Shown piece by piece: positions 57,978 to 64,000 of a stretch of DNA of 64,000 nucleotides. This stretch comes from Desulfatiglandales bacterium (GTDB taxonomy: Bacteria; Desulfobacterota; DSM-4660; Desulfatiglandales; HGW-15), in the NCBI GenBank assembly GCA_963665715.2, contig CAXXPR010000001.1, forward strand, positions 868,550 to 932,549, read 5' to 3'. Position 1 is the first letter of the stretch. Every line of letters starts with the position of its first letter. A program made the position numbers and the translations under genes. The notes below the pieces were generated by a model. It was given only the letters and a program-made list of their open reading frames with translations. It was not told the origin of the DNA and did not search any database.

Positions 57978-58049
57978 GGATTAAGTTAAGTTATTTTTAT
58001 ATCGTTTAAATAATTTAAAGAATTAGTTTTAAAGTTATCAGGAGGATGT

Positions 58050-61000
58050 ATGGGAAAAAATAGAAAGAAAAAGTCTGATAAAAAAAACAGTAAGTTAACC
58101 CGAACTAACAAACTGCAGTTAGCTCTGGAACCAAGAATTTTATATGATGCTTCGGGTCTTGCTGCCGGGCTGGATATATTATCAGACGGAGAGGATGTCG
58201 GTGATCATGCACTTGACAGTACCGACTCAACAGATACTGCTGAATCCTCTATTTCTATTGACAGTATAAGCGGATTTATTCCTCCTGCTGTTCAGGATGT
58301 TGATGAAATTATATTTGTTGATACAAACGTAAGAGATTACAATGCCTTAATCGAAAACATATCTACAGATGCAAGGATAATTGTCCTTGATCCGGACCAG
58401 AATGGAATAGAGCAGATTACGGGCATTCTTTCCGGGTATCAGGATCTTGATGCTGTTCATATCATTTCACACGGAACAGAAGGTCAGATTGTTCTGAGTT
58501 CAGCAGAACTGAATATTGATAATATAGATTCATACAGTCAGCAGTTGTCTCAATGGTCAAAGAGTCTGTCTGCAGATGCAGATATACTTGTATACGGATG
58601 TGATGTTGCAGGAAATGAGCAGGGGCGTGACCTCCTTTCCTCAATTTCGGATCTTACCGGGGCTGATGTTGCAGCGTCGGATGATGCTACAGGTTCGGAT
58701 GATCTTTCTGCCGACTGGGACCTTGAAGTCAGGACAGGTGATATCGAAGCCATTCCGCTGGCAGTAGAAGGTTATAATGATATTCTGGGTGTGCCGTCAA
58801 TTTCAAATCTTGGCAATGCAAGTTATACGGAAAATGATTCTCCTGTGGTTATTGACAGTGATGTGACCTTTTCCAACGGAACCAGTTATTCGGGCGGGTA
58901 TGTAGAGTTTGAACTGACAAACGGTCTGGCCGAAGATAATTTAGGCCTTGTCTATGACAGCAGTATTTCTACAGTAAACGGAGACCTCTCCATTGTTGAC
59001 GGTACAGTTTACCTCGGTAACGGGAGCGATGCAGCGGTTGTTGGAAGTGTTGATGCCACCTATAACGGCCTTAATGGACAGAAGCTTCGAATAAATTTTT
59101 CAAACGAGTTTGAAAATGGAGATTTCAGTGAAGGTTCATCCGGAAGTACCATAATTACAGGCTGGACAGCTGTAAACGCCCAGGTGAAATTTGGGACAGA
59201 TACCATAGCCGGTCTCCCGACTCCTGTTGATACTGTGTGGCCTACAAACTGGTCCGGCACCTATACTGACCAGAATACACCTACTAATCCCGGTACAATG
59301 ACGACAGTATTAAGCGATGTACAGAATGACGGCGCCGGATATTCCGTTCAGATGAAAAGCGCGTCTATGACTACCTATGCAGGGTATGATATTGTACGCG
59401 GCCCATACATATACAGTAACGGCACTGTTTCTCTTTCTGCCAACGACACTGTTTCATTTGAATGGCAGGCCCAGGGCGGAGGAGACGCCTATGATGTATA
59501 CGGATATATTGTTGATGTTAATACCGGGCATATAGAGACTATCCTTAATGAAACAGGGACAAGCACAAGTGCATCAACAACATGGGCAACAGAAACCATA
59601 ACAGTATCACAGGCCGGTCAGTACAAATTTGTGTTTGTATCCGGTACCTATGATTATTCAGGTGGAAAAGCAGCCGGTGCTCAGCTCTATATAGATGACG
59701 TTACTGTTACGCAGGCAGTTGTAGCTGCAACAGTGAATGATTCACATCTCTCAGAAATAGCCAGTCGTGTTACCTATGAAAACACATCGGAAAGTCCCAG
59801 CACAACTACCCGCACTTATCAGATAACAGCAATAAGCGGAACCGGCGATACAGGTACTGCTTCATCCAGTATTTCGGTTATATCGGTTGAAGACGCACCG
59901 GTTATTACAACTACAGGCGGTAATTCAAGCTGGACAGAAGATGGATCCGCTATTGTAATTGATTCAGGCCTAACAATTACCGATGTTGACGGCGGAAATA
60001 TAGACAGCGCAAAGGTTGCAATAAATAATGTAATTGAAGGAGATATTTTATCGTTTGTAAATCAGAATGGCATTACCGGTGACTATGACAGCTCAACAGG
60101 AATTCTCACTCTCACAGGCTCAGCAACTGTAGCCAATTACCAGACAGCATTAAGGAGCGTGACATTTTCGAGTTCTGTTGACGAAGTCAATACAACCGCA
60201 AGAGAAATATCATTTACAATTGGAAGTGCTATTACAAACAGTGAAACCGGTCATTACTATGAATATATTGACGGAGACTATACCTGGACTCAGGCTAGGG
60301 ATGCGGCTGCTGCCAGAACCCTGTACGGCCTTCAGGGATACCTTGCAACAGTTACTTCACTTGCGGAAAATTCCTACATTGAAGATAAGCTGCAGGCGGA
60401 TGCATGGATAGGAGCTGCGGATACAGGAGTGGAAGGCACCTGGAAATGGGTTACAGGTCCGGAAAACGGTACAACTTTTTATACTGATCCTGATAACGGC
60501 GGAAGCGGAACCGTAACCTGGTCCAACTGGAACGATGGTGAGCCAAATGACTCCGGCAGCGCTGAAGATTATGCCGAGATTTATTCAACCAATAACGGTT
60601 TATGGAATGACCTGGGCGCCTCAAGCCAGCTAGGTTACGTGGTGGAATACGGCGGAATGGTAGGCGACCCTGTTCTTCAGCTCACTGCAAGTAAAACGGT
60701 AAATATATTGCCTAATAATGATAACCCGGTTCTCACAGGGCTGACTGCAAAGACGGTTGAGGAAAATGCGGATGCATCAATAATAGATAGTGATGTAACC
60801 CTGTCGGATATTGATTCTTCGGATTTCAGCGGCGGAACAATAACGGTGTCAGGCCTTGATTCAGAAGATACCGTATCAATATCTGCAGATACTTCTCACG
60901 GTGTCAACGCTATAAGACGTTCTGGTAACGATGTCCAGATATCAGACGGAACTGTCTGGACTACCATAGGAACAATAGGCACAGGGGCAGGCCAGACAGG

Positions 61001-64000
61001 CGCAGGTGAAACCTTTATTATTACCCTTAACGGCAATGCTTCGGTGTCAAATGTTGATGCTCTTCTTCAAAATCTGACCTTTTATAATAATGATGATTCA
61101 CCAACCTTAAGCCGTACATTAAATATAACTGTCACAGATGGTGACGGAGGAAGCACAGGCGCACAGAGTGTCACAATATCAATCACTCCCCAGGATGACG
61201 CTCCGGTAATCGCAACAACCGGCGGTGATGCGGAGTGGACAGAGGACGGTTCAGCCATTGTTGTGGATTCAGGTATTACAGTATCTGATGCTGACGGTGG
61301 CAATATCGATAATGCCAGTGTAGTGATAAATAACAAAATAGACGGAGATATATTATCCTTTACTTCCCAGAACGGAATTACCGGGTCATATGATGCAGAC
61401 ACGGGTGTATTGTCCCTAACTGGTACGGCATCAGCTGCAGATTATCAGACAGTATTAAGAAGTGTTACCTATAGAAGTACAATTGATGAAACCAATACAG
61501 CGGCCCGCGATATTTCCTTTACCATAGGAAGTGCAATATCGAGTTCAGATACGGGACATTATTATGAATACATCAAAATAGGAGAGGGTTCTACCTGGGA
61601 AGAGGCAAGGGATGCAGCTGCAGCAATGAGCCTTTACGGGCTTCAGGGATACCTTGCTACCATAACATCCCTGGAAGAAAATGAATATATAAAGGAGAAA
61701 CTTCAGGCAGAGGCGTGGATCGGCGCGACAGACCAGGAGTCCGAAGGTGTGTGGAAATGGGTAACAGGTCCTGAAGCCGGTACAATATTTTACAGAGATC
61801 CGGATATTTTCGGTGTGGGTTCAGGAACTGTAACCTGGGATTACTGGAACTCAGGCGAACCTAATAATAGTGATGGAAATGAACATTATGCTGAAATATT
61901 TTCGTCAGGAGAAAGCCAGGGCAGATGGAATGACCTCCCTAATGCCTGGACACTGGGGTTTGTAGTTGAATACGGCGGAATGGCAGGAGACCCTGTTTTA
62001 CAGCTTTCTGCAAATAAAACTGTAAATATTCTGCCGGTTAATGATGCACCTACACTTTCCGGGCTTACTGACAATACTATTAATGAAAACACCCAGGCTT
62101 TTATTGACAGCAGCCTGAATTTTGCTGATGAGGACACAGGAGACCTCAACGGCGGAACAATAACTGTATCAGGTCTTGATGCCAGTGATGTGATTTCTCT
62201 TTTTACAGGAGTAAATCATTCGGTAAATGCAATTCAGAGAGAAAATAATAATATCCAGATTTCTGACGGATCATCCTGGACAACAATAGCTACTGTAGGA
62301 ACCAATGCAGACCAGACAGGTGTTGGAGAAACACTGGTAATTACCCTGAATGCAAATTCAACAGCAGCCAATGTTGATGCCTTGTTACAGAATCTTACAT
62401 TTTATAACAGCAGCGATAATCCGGTTGCCTCAAGAACTTTAAGCATAACGGTGACAGACGGAGACGGCGGTACAACAGGTGTACAGAATGTAACTATTTC
62501 CGTAACTCCGGTTAATGACGCCCCTGTTTTAAATGATCTTAATCAGATTAATATTACAGACACAGCATCAGGCGATATATACGGAGATATCAGCGGAACA
62601 GCTGTTGCTTCGGATGTTGATAACGGTACAACACTTACATTCGGTACAGACGGAGGTGCAGTATCCGGGGGATACAGTACTCTTGCAGGTACATACGGAA
62701 CCCTGACGATAAATACCTCTACAGGAGAATACATATTTGCTCCTGATAACGATGCAATAAATGCTCTCAGCTCGGATACGGTTGAAACCATCGGTGTTAC
62801 GGTAACTGACGGCGAAGCAACCACAATTAAAAATCTAACCATTGATATTCAGGCAATTGCGGAAAGCTCTTCAGGTTATACCGAGCAGGGAGATGCAGTA
62901 ACACCCCTTGAAAATGTAACAATAACCACGGAAAGCGGTACCAGCTATGCCGGCGGATACATTGATTTTGAGGTGAGCGGATCAGAAAACAGTGAAACCC
63001 TCGGACTTGTAAGGGCTGAAACTGCTTCAATTGTAAACGGTGTTGTTACAATAGTGGGTAACGCCGTATACCTTGGAGACGGAACCAGTGCCAAGGTAAT
63101 AGGTTCTGTTGACAGCTATTACAACGGAGAAAACGGCCAGAAACTCCGTATAAAATTTACCACGGAGTTTGAAAACGGAAACTTTGAGTTGGGATCAAAC
63201 GGTGATTTAACAGTTACCGGCTGGACCATGGTAAATGAGCGCGTAACATTCGGTCAGGACCAGATAGCAGGGCAGGATACCCCGATAGATACCACCTACC
63301 CGGTAAATAACCTTAATAAGCACTATAACGACTCTCACCAGCTTGAGTTCCCTGACGGTATCCTTGATATAGGAAATGTTGATTACGCCACCTATACCTC
63401 ATCAGTAGTGTCAGGCAGTGTTGCCAACGGCGGAACAGGTAATGCCATAAAGATGAGAAGTTCCCTTAACTCCGCTGACGGATATGAAGTAATAAGAGGA
63501 CCCTATATCTACAGCAATGGAACAGTAGCCCTTGAGGCAGGAGATGAAGTATCCTTTTACTGGAAGGCTGAAGGTGGAAGCGATGCCTATGATGTTTACG
63601 GTTATGTAATAGATGTAAACACCGGAGCCACCCAGACCATACTGGATGATACCGGAGCCAATGCCAGGGCAACCACAGCCTGGAGCCAGGAATCCATAAC
63701 CATAAACACCGCTGGCGAGTACAGGTTTGTATTTGTGTCAGGATCATTTGATGCAACCGGCGGTGAAGCAATGGGGGCCCAGCTTTATATAGATGACGTT
63801 GAAGTAACCCAGGCCAATCCTCCTGACAGTGTAACAGGCAGCGCACTGCAGCAGATAGCAAGGCTTGTTACATATGAAAACAGCTCTGACCTTACAGCCG
63901 CAAACGGTACAATAAACAAGGCCATTACAGTAACAGCGGTTCAGGCAGACGAAACAGCAGACAGTACAAGCCAGGGGCTTGAAATAACGGAAGTAAATGA
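58050..64000 (+). CDS. Second giant adhesin-like paralogue, 5' part (at least 1983 codons, continues beyond the window)
   Basis: It is not in the ORF track because it has no stop inside the window. The ATG at 58050 follows CAGGAGGATGT, the same context as gene 1. My translation gives MGKNRKKKSDKKNSKLTRTNKLQLALEPRILYDASGLAAGLDILSDG..., then DUF4347, a jelly-roll supermodule, two CTLD cassettes and another supermodule. The track shows no plus-strand ORF in this frame, consistent with one open frame. Confidence 0.85.
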   Translation, partial: MGKNRKKKSDKKNSKLTRTNKLQLALEPRILYDASGLAAGLDILSDGEDVGDHALDSTDSTDTAESSISIDSISGFIPPAVQDVDEIIFVDTNVRDYNALIENISTDARIIVLDPDQNGIEQITGILSGYQDLDAVHIISHGTEGQIVLSSAELNIDNIDSYSQQLSQWSKSLSADADILVYGCDVAGNEQGRDLLSSISDLTGADVAASDDATGSDDLSADWDLEVRTGDIEAIPLAVEGYNDILGVPSISNLGNASYTENDSPVVIDSDVTFSNGTSYSGGYVEFELTNGLAEDNLGLVYDSSISTVNGDLSIVDGTVYLGNGSDAAVVGSVDATYNGLNGQKLRINFSNEFENGDFSEGSSGSTIITGWTAVNAQVKFGTDTIAGLPTPVDTVWPTNWSGTYTDQNTPTNPGTMTTVLSDVQNDGAGYSVQMKSASMTTYAGYDIVRGPYIYSNGTVSLSANDTVSFEWQAQGGGDAYDVYGYIVDVNTGHIETILNETGTSTSASTTWATETITVSQAGQYKFVFVSGTYDYSGGKAAGAQLYIDDVTVTQAVVAATVNDSHLSEIASRVTYENTSESPSTTTRTYQITAISGTGDTGTASSSISVISVEDAPVITTTGGNSSWTEDGSAIVIDSGLTITDVDGGNIDSAKVAINNVIEGDILSFVNQNGITGDYDSSTGILTLTGSATVANYQTALRSVTFSSSVDEVNTTAREISFTIGSAITNSETGHYYEYIDGDYTWTQARDAAAARTLYGLQGYLATVTSLAENSYIEDKLQADAWIGAADTGVEGTWKWVTGPENGTTFYTDPDNGGSGTVTWSNWNDGEPNDSGSAEDYAEIYSTNNGLWNDLGASSQLGYVVEYGGMVGDPVLQLTASKTVNILPNNDNPVLTGLTAKTVEENADASIIDSDVTLSDIDSSDFSGGTITVSGLDSEDTVSISADTSHGVNAIRRSGNDVQISDGTVWTTIGTIGTGAGQTGAGETFIITLNGNASVSNVDALLQNLTFYNNDDSPTLSRTLNITVTDGDGGSTGAQSVTISITPQDDAPVIATTGGDAEWTEDGSAIVVDSGITVSDADGGNIDNASVVINNKIDGDILSFTSQNGITGSYDADTGVLSLTGTASAADYQTVLRSVTYRSTIDETNTAARDISFTIGSAISSSDTGHYYEYIKIGEGSTWEEARDAAAAMSLYGLQGYLATITSLEENEYIKEKLQAEAWIGATDQESEGVWKWVTGPEAGTIFYRDPDIFGVGSGTVTWDYWNSGEPNNSDGNEHYAEIFSSGESQGRWNDLPNAWTLGFVVEYGGMAGDPVLQLSANKTVNILPVNDAPTLSGLTDNTINENTQAFIDSSLNFADEDTGDLNGGTITVSGLDASDVISLFTGVNHSVNAIQRENNNIQISDGSSWTTIATVGTNADQTGVGETLVITLNANSTAANVDALLQNLTFYNSSDNPVASRTLSITVTDGDGGTTGVQNVTISVTPVNDAPVLNDLNQINITDTASGDIYGDISGTAVASDVDNGTTLTFGTDGGAVSGGYSTLAGTYGTLTINTSTGEYIFAPDNDAINALSSDTVETIGVTVTDGEATTIKNLTIDIQAIAESSSGYTEQGDAVTPLENVTITTESGTSYAGGYIDFEVSGSENSETLGLVRAETASIVNGVVTIVGNAVYLGDGTSAKVIGSVDSYYNGENGQKLRIKFTTEFENGNFELGSNGDLTVTGWTMVNERVTFGQDQIAGQDTPIDTTYPVNNLNKHYNDSHQLEFPDGILDIGNVDYATYTSSVVSGSVANGGTGNAIKMRSSLNSADGYEVIRGPYIYSNGTVALEAGDEVSFYWKAEGGSDAYDVYGYVIDVNTGATQTILDDTGANARATTAWSQESITINTAGEYRFVFVSGSFDATGGEAMGAQLYIDDVEVTQANPPDSVTGSALQQIARLVTYENSSDLTAANGTINKAITVTAVQADETADSTSQGLEITEVN
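58302..58751 (+). other. DUF4347-type domain of giant protein 2
   Basis: EIIFVD...IIVLDPDQNGIEQI...VHIISHGTEGQIVLS...DILVYGCDVAGNEQGRDLLSSISDLTGADVAASDDATG...DWDLEV. Confidence 0.65.
59106..59715 (+). other. CBM4_9-like jelly-roll module (gene 2, first)
   Basis: FENGDFSEGSSGSTIITGWTAVN ... RGPYIYSNGTVSLSANDTVSFEWQAQGGGDAYDVYGYIVDVNTG ... GAQLYIDDVTVTQ. Confidence 0.45.
60249..60655 (+). other. C-type lectin-like domain a (gene 2)
   Basis: GHYYEYIDGDYTWTQARDAAAARTLYGLQGYLATVTSLAENSYIEDKLQADAWIGAADTGVEGTWKWVTGPE...WNDGEPNDSGSAEDYAEIYSTNNGLWNDL...YVVEYGG. Confidence 0.75.
61554..61978 (+). other. C-type lectin-like domain b (gene 2)
   Basis: GHYYEYIKIGEGSTWEEARDAAAAMSLYGLQGYLATITSLEENEYIKEKLQAEAWIGATDQESEGVWKWVTGPE...WNSGEPNNSDGNEHYAEIFSSGESQGRWNDL...FVVEYGG. 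Confidence 0.75.
63165..63813 (+). other. CBM4_9-like jelly-roll module (gene 2, second)
   Basis: FENGNFELGSNGDLTVTGWTMVN ... GAQLYIDDVEVTQ. It is very close to gene 1 module 3 at about 52317-52961. Confidence 0.45.

Overview
This is a 64-kb window from a Gram-negative bacterium. Outer-membrane biogenesis genes are present. Heavy sigma-54 usage, LpxI and perR-katG suggest a Desulfobacterota/deltaproteobacterial-type genome, but that is inference only. Positions 1 to about 44,500 are densely packed housekeeping genes, mostly on the minus strand. They include mlaE plus an ABC ATPase, ldcA, coaX, folP, ftsH, an acyl-CoA ligase and an FmdE-domain protein. They also include an EndoQ-like PHP nuclease next to a short UvrD-like helicase, a PflX-type radical SAM enzyme and an intact yefM-yoeB toxin-antitoxin pair. 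A second Phd/YefM-like antitoxin is degenerate, with an in-frame stop that the ORF track does not show. Further genes are hisI-hisG, an aminotransferase and engB. A long envelope supercluster follows (lysS-lolCE-lolD-bamA-skp-lpxD-fabZ-lpxA-lpxI-oxidoreductase-lpxB). After it come copZ, SDR and HAD genes, a chemosensory operon behind a good sigma-54 promoter next to an NtrC-type activator, and perR-katG with a near-consensus Fur-family box. Positions 44,778 to 64,000 are the unusual part. They hold two tandem paralogous giant ORFs. One is 4269 aa. The second starts at 58050, runs off the window and is therefore absent from the ORF track. Both are built from shuffled adhesion and lectin modules: DUF4347, a ConA-like domain with a thrombospondin-C-terminal-like motif, cadherin-like repeats, cysteine-free C-type lectin domains with intact EPN/WND motifs, VCBS-like repeats and CBM-like jelly rolls. 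The first ORF ends in a very acidic tandem-repeat region, a dystroglycan-type cadherin-like domain and a hydrophobic anchor-like segment. I found no rRNA, tRNA, CRISPR array, transposase or integrase.
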